Under the pieces are notes generated by a model that was not told where the DNA came from, did no database searches, and worked only from the letters and a program-made list of their open reading frames with translations. A DNA stretch of 64,000 nucleotides. Origin: Camelus ferus. Lineage: Eukaryota. The stretch covers positions 111,664,001-111,728,000 of the forward strand of contig NC_045697.1 in assembly GCF_009834535.1 (NCBI RefSeq), read 5' to 3'. Of this stretch, positions 38,577 to 50,184 are shown one piece after another. How positions within the stretch are numbered: position 1 is the first letter of the stretch; every line of letters begins with the position of its first letter. Position numbers and translations under genes: made by a program.

Positions 38577-39360
38577 TGAACTACTACTTAACAACTTAGA
38601 ACTTTTAATTTTAACATGTCATAGACACCCATCCAAACTAATACATAGAGCTGTAGTTAATTCTTTTATAGGTGAATAATATTCTGTTATATGAGTGGCT
38701 GTGCACGCATATACTTGGGCAGTTTTCCATTTTTGCAAATATAGAGAATACTGCAGTGAGTATTTATATCTATATATCCTAGGTACTGGTACTTTTACTT
38801 CTGAGGGCTAGGGTCCTTTGGGGATTTCTAGGTCAAGATCATTTCCAAGTTATCTTGAAACTGAAAGAGCAGTTCCCAAACCGGTCAGCAACATACGAGA
38901 ATGCCCGTACAGATTTTGGCACCAGTCTTCTAAATTTTTGTCAATCTAATTGGATAGTTATTCTTCTTCTCTTGAAAATGAAACTAGAAAAAAACTTTTT
39001 TAATTCAGGATTTTACTTAGTTACATTTGAGGCGCAAAATTTACTGTTTTTACTCTTTTTAATAACAGAAAAGTGGGCAGGAAACTGTGTTTAACATTAA
39101 GACTCATTTCTGTTAGATGAGATTTGGGGTGATTTTTATTTCTTATTTGTGATTTTATCTGTTTCCAGGATTTCCTGCAAAATTTTCCCCCAGATTTTCT
39201 TTTTTAAAAGTTGGTAAAAATGGCAAAAAAAAATTTTTTTTTGAACTCATAAAAATAAGACAGTGAAAGTCATAGGTGTTAGAATATGTGCTGGGATGGT
39301 GATTACTGTTTCTTAAATCCAAATATTGAATATTAATTCTACTGCTTTCCTTTCCACCAG

Positions 39361-39625
39361 GTTGTGTTTGTTGTTTTAGCGTTTTTAACAGGCGTGCTTT
39401 GTTCTTACCCCAATCCAAATGAGGACAAGTGCCCAGGAAACTATACCAACCCACTGAAAGTTCAGACGGTCATAATCCTGGGAAAAGTTATTTTGTGGAT
39501 TCTGCATTTCCTTCTTGAACGATACATCCAGTATCACCACAGCAAAGTAAGAAACAGAGGCTATAACAAGATCTACCGGTCGACGAGGCATCTTAAAAGC
39601 CTTGCGCTGATGATACACTCAACTG
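39361..39625 (+). CDS. TMEM192: TMEM192 coding exon 3 ([35 protein letters not shown]...LALMIHST)
   Basis: Acceptor tttcctttccaccag ends at 39360, 265 nt, donor GTAAGC at 39626 (phase 1). Hydrophobic TM segments and the [16 protein letters not shown] loop are typical of TMEM192. Confidence 0.97.
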
Positions 39626-39838
39626 GTAAGCTCCCCACCTCCCCGTTCCCAGTCTCTCTTGGCTATCCTGTGGCTTGCTTGAGTAGCAAGAATAGCAGCA
39701 GAAAGAAAATGTTAAGTTTGATTTTATAATCAGATATCTTCTCTCATTTTTGTGCGAGTGAGGTGGCCTCTAAAATTTGGATCACCTTAATGTCTCGAAG
39801 CTTTTCTGATATTTTCCTTTGAAATCTGTGTTGGTTAT

Positions 39839-40376
39839 TGTAGGGGAGGAAAAATAGCATTCCCTCTACCCTTCTAGGTTCTTGGCTGAGATTCCACTGT
39901 AATAAAAGACAGATTAACAGGAGAAAAACAGCAGATGTTTAATAACATGAATACTTTTATACAGAGAAGAGACCCAGGAAAACCGAGTAACTCCCTGAAA
40001 TGGCCTAAGCCATTACCTTAAATATCATTTTCAGCTAAAGACAGAAGGAGGATGTTGGGAAGGGGCAATTATGGGAAGTTTTCAGGAAAAGCACAGTAAA
40101 CAAGAGTAAGGGTGTTATGCAGATTTAAGTCCTTGCCTTCTCCATTGATGAGAGTGTCTAGAGATTTAGAGTCACCCTCCTCTTCCTGGTATAGAGAGGG
40201 AGACACCCTTATAAGTGGAGAGTTCCTTTATAAGTGTAAATCTCTCTCACAAAAGGTGACTCCTTTTCAGTTTTCAGAGATTCATCTGTGTCTGATGTTT
40301 CTTAAAACCAATCAGCTTAAAATAATCCTAATGCCAAAGAGGCGTATCTTGGGCTGGCGTTTCCTGCTCGTGTTCA
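39839..40376 (-). mobile_element. MER34-like ERV1 solo LTR in intron 3
   Basis: tgtaggggaggaaaaa start to aataatcctaatgccaaagaggcgtatcttggg...ttca end; homologous to 54265-54690. Confidence 0.75.
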
Positions 40377-41873
40377 TTGTGAGCATGGTGTGCACATATC
40401 CCTGTGTGAAATGTGGGCTTTCCCCTCCCTTGGTACCAGCAGGCTTTTCCATCTCAAGGAGATAGAAAACTATTGCTATGTATACTTGTAGGGTAAGAGG
40501 GAATTTAAATGAAACTCAGTGTTTTTCTTGCAATAAGAGAGCAACTATTATAAGATGTTATAAAATGGAAAACCTGAAAAACAGTTTCTGAAGGCAAGGT
40601 CAGAAAGTTTGTCCAGAACTCAGAATGCTCATGTGCCCGCTTTTCTTTATTGCTGCAGACATTGTAAAGGCTTCATGGAATTAAACTGAACTTCTTCAGA
40701 TATTTTTGCCTTATAGTCAACGTTTTCACCTTTTAAAAAAAACTCTCTTTGTCAATTTGAGTCTAGAATAAACAGTTGAACATTCCAAAACCAAATTAGA
40801 AATTAATTTTTCTCCATTAAAACAGAGCTACATAATTTAATGTTTTTTCCTGTGTTCTGGTAGTGCATTTTCTTAAAGGGCAGACCGTGAGTTCATCCAC
40901 TTAGTGAGCTTCTCAGTGGGAGCGGGAGGGCCGACCAGCAGCAGAGGAAGAAGCCTTGTAGAGGGATGGACGCATCTCCCAGGGGGCGGCCTTCACCTCC
41001 CAGAGGAAGAGGGGCGGTTTCTGACATGCCACCGCTCACATGCAGTACTTGTTTTTGGCCAGAAGGTGTTACTATAACCTTTCCTCCCCCAACAAAGTGA
41101 AAATAGGAAACCTATTTGTACACTGACCAAAATAATGTTCAGTTTCTCCTGTGATGGTCTGGAAGTAGTATTTCTGAGGCCCAACGAGAGATTGTCTGAT
41201 CTTTTCCTGTCCTCTGACTTTCAAATTCTTGCTACACATGTGACCCTTAATCACAGTCTTTCCAAACAATTGGACTCTTAGTTTAACCACAGATGGCATC
41301 ACTTTTACGTCACTCATACAAGGACCCAGAAGATCAAAGACCTTTTCTTTGACAGTCTTTAGAGTAAAAGTGCAGAATGAGGTTAAAATGGTCTTCAAAA
41401 ATAACAGATATGCTGCGCAGGGGGGAAATGGCTCGTATTTATTGGGTACTTCCAGGCCAGGCACCACTCTAAGTATTTTTCACATATTAACTCTTACTCC
41501 TCACAGCAGTCCTGTGAGGAAGGTACTTGTACTCTCCTTTTCAGGCAAGGATTGGAGGAGTGAAGGTGTCAGGGCATCTGTCCAAGGCCAGCAGCGCATC
41601 CAGGGTGTTTTCCTGGATCCCTGATGCGCTGCCTGACCAGAAGTGACCACTGGGTCCTTCTTGAAGGTCACTCCTTGGTTTTTAAGAAAGTCCAGATTCT
41701 TATGTGTTTGTGTTAGGGGGCATCATTTGTTCTTGGCCATGCCGGTTTCCATCGCCTCCCTCCCTTCATCGCGGGTGTGACGGGGTGGGTGCTTGTGGCG
41801 CGGGCTCCGGGGACACTGACACCCACACCCGCACCAGCACCCGCACCCGCACCGACTGGCTTTCCTCCCGCAG

Positions 41874-42008
41874 GCAACACGGCGCTCCTCCTCGTCCTCT
41901 GCCTGCAGCACTCCTTCCCCGAGCTGGGCACGCTCTACCTGGACCTCATGCTGGCTATCCTGGCCCTGGAGCTGCTCTGTTCCCTGGTGTGTCTGCTCGT
42001 GTACACAG
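41874..42008 (+). CDS. TMEM192: TMEM192 coding exon 4 ([45 protein letters not shown])
   Basis: Acceptor ctttcctcccgcag, 135 nt, donor GTGAGA at 42009. Phases 1/1 are compatible with the neighbouring exons; two hydrophobic segments. Confidence 0.96.
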
Positions 42009-42845
42009 GTGAGAATCGCACGGAGCCTGTTCTGATCCAGAAAGGCCTTTACTGCTGGTCGCAGCCCCACTTGAAGCCCCACCATCACCTTTCTGGCTGG
42101 AAGAACTTACTACCTGACCCAGACCCTACTGAGCACTCATCTCTCTCCTTGCTGAGCACATCCAGACTTCCCTAATTTCAAACCACCAGGAACTTACCAT
42201 CGAGTCACAGTTCCAAATCTGTGTCATCGACAAATTTTTGTCAATGAGAATGACAAAAGCTTTTCATAAAAAAAGAAAATGAAAAAAAAAGATTCACAAA
42301 CTTTTGCATCCTCAAAAGGCAACTGAGACATAAGTCTGGCTTTAAAATTTAAAAATAACAAAATGTAAAACAAAAAAATAATACATGCAAACTGCATTTA
42401 GCCCAAACTTGCTTTGGATAAACCATTTAAGAAGCTCCTTCTTTCTAAATTTAGAGCTGTCTGAAGATTGGTGTTTGTGCCTCTCTCCAAACTCTCAGTG
42501 GTAAAATTAAGTAAGCTTCAAATATGTTAACATGAAAAATAAACAGAAGGATACTTTAAAAGAAAAAAATCCAGGCCCAGAAGAAATCAAGATTTCATTC
42601 CTGCTGCAATATTGACATGCACTAAAATCTTTAATAGCACCTGATTTGGTGGCATTGAGCAATAGTTGCTTTGTGACAATAAAGTACTTTATCTGTCCAT
42701 TTTGAAAGATCATTTCCCTTATGAAGGGAAAGTGACATGTGCCAAAATTGTGTTTCATTTTACTAATTTTTTTGTGCTTCTTTTGAGGCCTAAAGTATTT
42801 AGAATATGAATGGAGTGACTAGTTTTTAAATCAGTAATGTCACGC

Positions 42846-43690
42846 CTTTTTTTTTATTGAGGTATAATTGACATGCAACATTATGTTTCAGGTGTACAGC
42901 ATGATTTGATAATGTGTTTATATTGTGAAATGACCATCGCAAAAAGTCTAGTTAACGTTGTCACCATAATCACAGAATTATTTTTCTTGTGATGAGAGCT
43001 TTTTAAGATGTACTCTCTTTACAACTTTCAAATATACAATATAGTTTTATTAACCATAGCCACCATGCTGAACATCACATCCATGGGACTAACTTATGTT
43101 ATAAAAAGAAGTTTGTACCTTTTGACTCTCTTCACCTATGTTGCCCAGTCCCACCCCCCTACCTCCAGTAACCACCAGTCTGTTCTCCGTATGGATGAAC
43201 TTTAGCTTTTTTTGTTTTTAAAGTCCACACATAAGTGAGATGGTCTATGAGCTTGGTTTGTTTGTTTGTTTTTAGATGCCGCATCTAAGTGAGATCATAC
43301 AGTCTTTGTCTTCCTCTGACTTATTTTACTTAGCATAATGCTCTCAAGGTCCATCCATGTTGTCACAAATGGCAAGATTTCATTCTTTTTTATGGTTGAA
43401 TAATATTCCACTGCACGATCACGCATAGACACACACAACATCATCTTTATCCATTAGTTTATCTGTGAACACTTAGGTTGTCTCCATATCTTGGTTATTG
43501 TAAATAATAACTACAATGAACATGGAAGTGCAGATATCTTTTCCAATTAAGTGTTTATATTTTCTTCAGATGAATATCCAGAAGTAGAATTGCTGGATTA
43601 CGTGGTAGTTGTATTTTTAATTTTTTGAGGAACCTCCATACTGTTTTCCATGGTGGCTGTACCAATTTACATTCTCACCCACAGTGCACT
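42846..43690 (-). mobile_element. LINE-1 3' end, antisense in intron 4
   Basis: Poly(T), L1 3' UTR and ORF2-end motifs; local ~55-bp tandem duplication near 43190-43280. Confidence 0.88.
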
Positions 43691-44154
43691 TTAGTTTTAA
43701 AGTAAGGTTAATTTCTTAGTGTATAGGAAACAGCTCAATACTTCAGTAACGTGAGCCATGTTTCAGAATGAACACCAAGTTATCTTGTTGACTGAGGTCA
43801 GCTCCAGCCTGTGACATATCTGTCAAGAGTTGTAAATGGGGGTTCCAGTTTAGAGCTGAGTGTGGGGTTTATCTAGCATGTTATTTTATAGTATCTCTAG
43901 AAATTTATTTACTGCAAGGAATGAAAGCCCTCTGTAAAGTATCAGGTGGGTACTTTTTAAAAAGAATTTTCTTCAATATGTATATGTGCTCTATGACACA
44001 GAAGGAGGTGACGACTTTATTCCAAAGATCATGTGAATGTCTTCATGTAAATAAGGGGAAATTAATACAGTTAATATGTAGTCTAAGATTTTTCTCTCTA
44101 GAATTTACTCTTTTATTTAGAGGATTTACTGTAACATTTAAAATTAATTATACA

Positions 44155-44283
44155 GGGGGGAGGGTATAGCTCAGGGATAGAGCACGTGCTTATGCTTGAG
44201 GACCTGTGTTCAATCCCCAGTAACTCCATTAGTAAAAATAAATAAATACAAACCTAATTACCTCCCCCCAAAATAAAATTAAA
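44155..44283 (+). mobile_element. tRNA-derived SINE
   Basis: A and B boxes plus tail; flanked by aaattaatt(a/g)tac repeats. Confidence 0.87.
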
Positions 44284-44801
44284 TTAATTGTACCACAAAT
44301 AAGATAGTAATGTTAAAAACAAAAGAACAGAAACCTGAGACCATTTAAAAGGAAATAGAGGAAGCAGATGTTCCAGGATTCCTGAGGGGAACTAATTTTT
44401 ACATTTGGGCACAAATATATTATTAGCTCCATGACACCCAAACTGTTTTAATCCATTGTCTTCCTTATTAAAATGAATTGCTTTGGTCTGTAGTCAAAGG
44501 CTTATTAGAAGCATATTTCACCCTTATTCATAATAATTAAAAATGTTTTATCTGAATAAAGTACAGCATTAAACATTGTCTTTTTATAAAGGTAAACATT
44601 GAAAATAGTAGAACTTGTGAATATGGCTGCATATGTTCTTCTGGAGCCAAAAATTACCCAGACAAATAGGTGGGAACATGAAAAAAAAAAAAACCTCTTT
44701 AAATCTCATATTGACATGCTTCCTACTTTCAGAAAACCTGATAATTGGTAATTCAGGTTTATAAAATAAACAGAAGATGATTTACATAGGGAAGGTTTTA
44801 G

Positions 44802-45272
44802 TTTTTATTTTATTGACATATAGTCAGTTTACAATGTGTCAGTTTCTGGTTACAGCACAATACTTCAGTCATATAGGAACACACATATATTCATTTTCAT
44901 ATTCTTTGTAACTATAAGTTACTACAAAGTATTGAAAGTTTTTCCCTGTGCTATACAGTATACAATTGTTGTTTATCTGTTTTATATGTAGTAGTTAGCA
45001 TCTGCAAATCTGGAACTCCCAATTTATCCCTTCCCACCCTCTACCCCCCCCAACCATAAGTTTGTTTTCTATGTCTGTGAGTCTGTTTCTGTTTTGTAAA
45101 TAAGTTTGTTTGTCTTTTCTTTCTTTCTTTTTTTTTTTTTTTTAGATTCCACATATAAGTGATACCATGTGGTATTTTTCTTTCTCTTTCCGGCTTCACT
45201 TTCACATTCTCCAGGTCCATCCATGTTGCTGCAAATGGCATTATTTTATTATTTTTTATGGATGAGTAGTAG
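44802..45272 (-). mobile_element. LINE-1 3' end
   Basis: IMPFAATWMDLENV ORF2 end plus 3' UTR on the minus strand; ttttagtt flanking repeats. Confidence 0.88.
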
Positions 45273-45749
45273 ATTTTAGTTATTATAATAATTATAAATT
45301 TACTGGACTGAAGCCCTGGGACCCTGGTTCCCTGGCTTCCCACTCACTGCCTCTGCGCCCCAGCTCGTGGCCCCATCTTCTCTCTTGCTGAGCTCCCTCC
45401 GCCCGCGTGGTGGCGCCCGCAGCCCAGTCCCCGTCTCCCATCGCATGGGAGCCTGGAGCCCGGGACATGCCCGCTGAGGGGCTTCTCATTTCCAGCTCTC
45501 TTGGCCACCACCTAAAAGTCAAGGGCTTCTCGTTACATCCCCTCACTTCGATCTTCCCGCATCTTACGGCCTCCTTCCTCCTAGTCCTTTCTGATGAAAC
45601 CCCTGTGTATCTCTAAACCTCACATTTCTCTTCAACCTGTGCTTGAGCTTCCTCAGCCTCCTCCTCAGCTGAGTCACTTCAGAGTCATCTGTGGGGCCTG
45701 GCAGTTCCACGACAGGCTGAACATGTGGCTCAGCAGCCGCACTTCTGGG

Positions 45750-46250
45750 TACATGTCTGTCTACATCCGCACAAAGGTTCCAAACGGCGCCACCTATAGG
45801 AGCCAGAAGTGGAGACAACCTGAGTGGTGCAAGGATAAACTTGATGACCAGACCTGTCCTGTCCATGCAGTGGGTAGGATTCAGCCGAGAAAAGGGAGGA
45901 ATAGAAGGACAGATGTACTGACACGTGCAATGTGGATGAACCTTGAAAACACTGTGCTCAGATTTAAAAAGCCAGTCATGAATATTGTATGATCCCATGT
46001 GTATAAAATACCTAGAACACGCACATCTATAAAGAGGGTAGATTAGTGCTTGCCTGGTCCTGGGGGCGGGGTACGTGGAGAATGACTGCTCCCGGGTACC
46101 GGGCTTCTTTCTGGGGGGACGAAATGATTTACAGTTGATTGTGGGGATGGGCGCACAACTCTTAGAAGGTATCATTGAAATGTACTCTTTAAATGAATGC
46201 CATGGCAATTGTATCATACCTGAGTTATATCTCAAAGGTGGTTACAAGAA
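45750..46250 (+). mobile_element. Ancient LINE-1 (L1M-type) 3' end, unusually GC/CpG-rich
   Basis: tggatgaaccttgaaaacactgtgctcag...agccagtca...gtagattagtgcttgcctgg...ttatatctcaaag. Confidence 0.7.
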
Positions 46251-46619
46251 AGGAAAGAATCATATGTGGAGTTTTGAAAAATAATGCGGGGAGGGCGTCT
46301 AACCTGCCCCCCACCCCCACCCGCATGCCGAATACTCGACCCACTTGGAGCTGCACAGACCTGGAATTCTCAATCCTGCCTAGGGGAGGGGGGCAGTCAC
46401 TGCCTTCACTGGGACCTGGCTCAGCCTTTGTTTGTCATCTCTGCTGGCTGTGTCCCGGGCTTGTGGTGCAGGTCGGGGAGAGCCCAGGCAGTGGCTGTTA
46501 CTCGGACATGCAGGTCATCCGGCTCTGACTGTCGTCAGATCTGCGAGGTGGGAAATTGCAGCCTTCGTGGTTTCTGCATATTTACCTCTTTGCAGCTGGC
46601 GTCTACCTATTTGCCTTGG

Positions 46620-46935
46620 CCTGCTGGGGCCGCATGGCAAATACCCAGCCTGGGTGTCTACAACACTGATTTTCCCTCCGTTCTGGAAGCTGGAGCCTGA
46701 GATCAAGGGGCCTCAGGGCTGCTTTCTCCCGAGGCCTCTGGCTTGGCAAGTGGGCGCCGTGTTCTTGCTGTGTCCTCACGTGGCCTTTGCTCTGTGCAGG
46801 TTCATTCCTGGTGTCTCTTCATCTATCGGATCGGCCTCCCCACCCACTCCTGCCAATTGCTCTGTTTAACTTTGATTACTTCTCTAAAGGTCCTGTCTGC
46901 AAGGACAGTCATTGAGTTAGGGCCTCATGTTCATC
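46620..46935. mobile_element. MLT1-type MaLR LTR remnant
   Basis: gttctggaagctggagcctgagatcaagg...gaggcctct...gctgtgtcctcacgtggcc. Confidence 0.65.
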
Positions 46936-47213
46936 CGTGGTTCCCAGTTTGCCCAGTTCACCAGCTCCTCCCCGTGTCTCCATCTCCCAGCAACAGACTC
47001 TGGTGGCTCCTTCCTGCCTCTTTTCCTGCCTCTCTGCATCGACATTTCCAATCCCTTTAAGCAGGTTTTCCCTACTTTTTAATTCACTTTATGAAGCAAT
47101 TTTTGGGCATGTTATTTGAAAAAAATAGCCAGTTACTAATGTACTTTGAATAAATGGAAAAAGAACATTTTTCATGATTAGGTATTCTGACAATAATATC
47201 TTTATTATTTTAG

Positions 47214-47316
47214 CGAAAATTCGGAAATTTAATAAAGCCAAGCCACAGCCTGATGTACTTGAAGAAGAAAAAATCTATGTTTACCCCAGCAATATTACCT
47301 CGGAGACAGGATTCAG
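47214..47316 (+). CDS. TMEM192: TMEM192 coding exon 5 ([35 protein letters not shown])
   Basis: Acceptor tttattattttag, 103 nt, donor GTAAGT at 47317 (phase 2). Read manually; it is not in the ORF track. Confidence 0.96.
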
Positions 47317-47608
47317 GTAAGTGCAGAGTAAAAGACTAGAGAAAGCGAATTTAAAGTTTTTTGGTTTTTTTTTCCTTCTGGAAACCCGAGACCATCCTAA
47401 TGCTTGGCGTTGAGGGCTCGGTGTGTATTGGAATATGTTTAGAACTGTATGTGACCAAGTCTAATGGAAGAGTCTCACTGGGGGCTACTGCTTCAGCTTT
47501 TACCATGTACGGAAGGGTAACAAATGCCGGGTGCTGTACTGAACACTAGGGGGGGACTGTTTGCAGAGAGATGGTATGTGTAACCCACTCCATCTGGGCT
47601 CTTTGCAG

Positions 47609-47747
47609 GACTCTCTCGAGCCTGGAGGAGATCGTGGAGAAGCAGGGGGACATCATCGTGTACCTGAAGCGCCACAACGCACTGCTCAGCCAGCGGCTCT
47701 TGGCTTTCACGTCCTCCGACCCTGGCTCTCAGCCACGTGGGCTTTGA
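47609..47747 (+). CDS. TMEM192: TMEM192 coding exon 6 ([45 protein letters not shown])
   Basis: Acceptor ctctttgcag, stop TGA at 47745-47747. Exon sum 9+147+265+135+103+139 = 798 nt = 265 aa plus stop. Confidence 0.96.
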
Positions 47748-49420
47748 CAGCGGTTTCAGACGGACCCACCCCCTGACAAGCCGTCTTAGGGAACTGCAGC
47801 TTTGCCAAGTGACGTTTTACAGCTTTTGTTGGAAACCTAAATTGGGTTCTCACCTGTGTGGCTGTAATAAGTAGGACTCGAGGGTCATGTGAAAGGCACT
47901 TTGGAGAGCCGCGGTAACTCAAGGGGAATGTCTGTTTTGCACATTTTGGAATTATTTAACTGCCTGGTTTATCTGAGGCATAGGTATAGTTTAAAGTTCT
48001 CCTTGACTAACCCTTCTTGCAAACTCATTGCAACCCTGTAATAATTTGGCATTTTATGGAATAAGTCTGACAGGACAACCTGTTTAAAACTGGGCTTTGA
48101 GCAAAGAAGTTTTCCCCGCTTTTAAACTGGTCAAAGAAGCCATTGTTCCTCATGGTTAGTGTTTTTTTCCCGTGGAGCCTCATGCATTTCATATGCTTGT
48201 GTGGTGTTGGATGCCTCGGCCCTTGTACCTTTTCTAGAGAATTTCTTCACTGTAGGACCAAGGTCTCACTGAGGCATCTACTTTGCAGCTCCTACAGGTT
48301 TCCATTCTCCAGAAATAAAGTCTGAAGATGACTTGGACCAGTGTTAGACTGGCCAGTGCAGCTGAACTGCTTAGAGAAGACTGCAGGCTCTCTCTTTTTT
48401 TTGGCCCTTCTTGGAGAGGCTGCCATGTGTTTCAGTATTGACTGTCATCAGATCGGTACGTTCAGTGACAGGAAAGATGTCTGTGGCTGCAAGTTTGTCT
48501 GAAAGAAAAAAAAGAACACTTTTTTCAATCTTAGATTATACTTAATAAAAATTATGATGGGGAGAAAGTATCATATCATCTTATACGTGGATATTAAACA
48601 TACCTAATTCTCCAGATAAAATGAAGCGTTTTTATGAGTAGATGACATTTTTCCTGCAGTTTTCCTAGTGTGTCCCTTTACTTTATCAGTTTGCCTATTG
48701 GAACCTTCACATGCTGCCTCAGAGAGACTTCAGGCTGAAAGCGTAGCGCGAGGGAGGGGATGTTTGTGATTATGTATGCTGCTATTTTTTTTTCTTGTAC
48801 TTAGCTGAATAATCAATATTTGATTTAAAAATCCTTGAGCTATACATATATTTGGCAAGGGGTGTATTCGCTGGGCCATACCATACTTTTGAAGGGCAGA
48901 CATCTGTCTCCTTCAGATACAGCCACTGGGAAACATTCTGCAGGTTTTCTGCTGAGGGCAAGGTGATTGTGTGTCATCTATAACCAACACCGTCGAGTCC
49001 CCAGAATGACAGTGTTCACAAACTAAAGCCAAAATTGTGTTTTTAAAGTTCAGATTGTATTCAAGTTTCCAGACTTTTCCTCCTTCTCTTCTTTCTTTCC
49101 TTTTTAGTAAGCATATCTCAAAGCCATTGCCTTCTGTGGAAATCTGTCTGTGTTCTGGAAGAACTTTTGCCTTTAGCTGTTTTCCTTAAAAGGAAAACCC
49201 CGTAGTAGACGAGGAATTCTCCTTTATTTTTAAATTAAATTTGGATCTTATAGTCAGTTTCTAAGGTTTATGAGATGAATTTTGGTTTACGGAGAAAGGT
49301 ACGGTTTAAAAGTTAGAATACCCAGGTTCTGCCTGATGTGACGTCTGTATAATCACCACTGCGCTTTCCAAACCCAATAATGAACATTTCAAACAATAAA
49401 AGGAAATGGAATTATGAGAA
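47748..49420 (+). other. TMEM192: TMEM192 3' UTR with candidate polyadenylation signals
   Basis: Largely repeat-free sequence after the stop, with AATAAA at 48314, 48544 and 49395. The true 3' end cannot be fixed from sequence alone. Confidence 0.55.
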
Positions 49421-50184
49421 CTAGCAAAAAAGAATGAGCAGAACTGTTTACATGTTAAGCGTTCTATGCACCAGGCAGGTGCTGTGCCAGCACCATGGGT
49501 ACAAAAGTTACTAAGACAGACCTAGTTTGTAGCTGACGTTCTAAGGAGAGGACTAAGGTTTCCAGGATCGGTGGTAAATGAAATGATGGCAGTTAGCCCA
49601 GGGTACCACAGGGATCCGGGTCAGAGAGCTCCCTGGGGGGATGGGCTTTAGGAATTCCAGGCAAATGCATGAGTAAAGAAAAAGGATGAGCAGCTACAGA
49701 TGATGTCAGCACTGTCTGCAGCTTGAGCCCGATGTGGGCAGGACATGGGAGGGGCGGCTGGTGGCAGATTCTGGGGGGCCCTTGACGCTCCCTGTGCCCA
49801 AGGGGTCTGTGCTGGGATGGGGTTCGCTGAAGGGTTCCAGGCAAGGAAGTGGCAGTGGGTTTTAGTTTCAGGAGGATCAGGCTGTGCAGCATGGGAAAGC
49901 GGGCAGCAGAGTGACATGGCCCTGAAACAGGGCAGGTACAGTCACTTTATCAAGGGTGTATGTGTATCTATCCGTGATATGTTTCTGTATTTTTTATTTG
50001 GGGGTTTACTTCAAATGACAATAGGATCATGACTTATTGAATGAATACTAATGCAGGTGAGCTTTTTTTTTTTCCCCATACCCTTTGGTCTTTTTATAAA
50101 TCTTTTGTGATGTTCTTGTGTAAGTCTTTTTCTTATTATTCTGCCTAGGATATTTTTTTTTCTTAACAGGCAGTCTTCCTTTAT

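Noticed and set aside
45564..46235. 223-aa minus-strand ORF
   Set aside because: It runs antisense through a GC-shifted ancient L1 3' end and has no recognisable domain.
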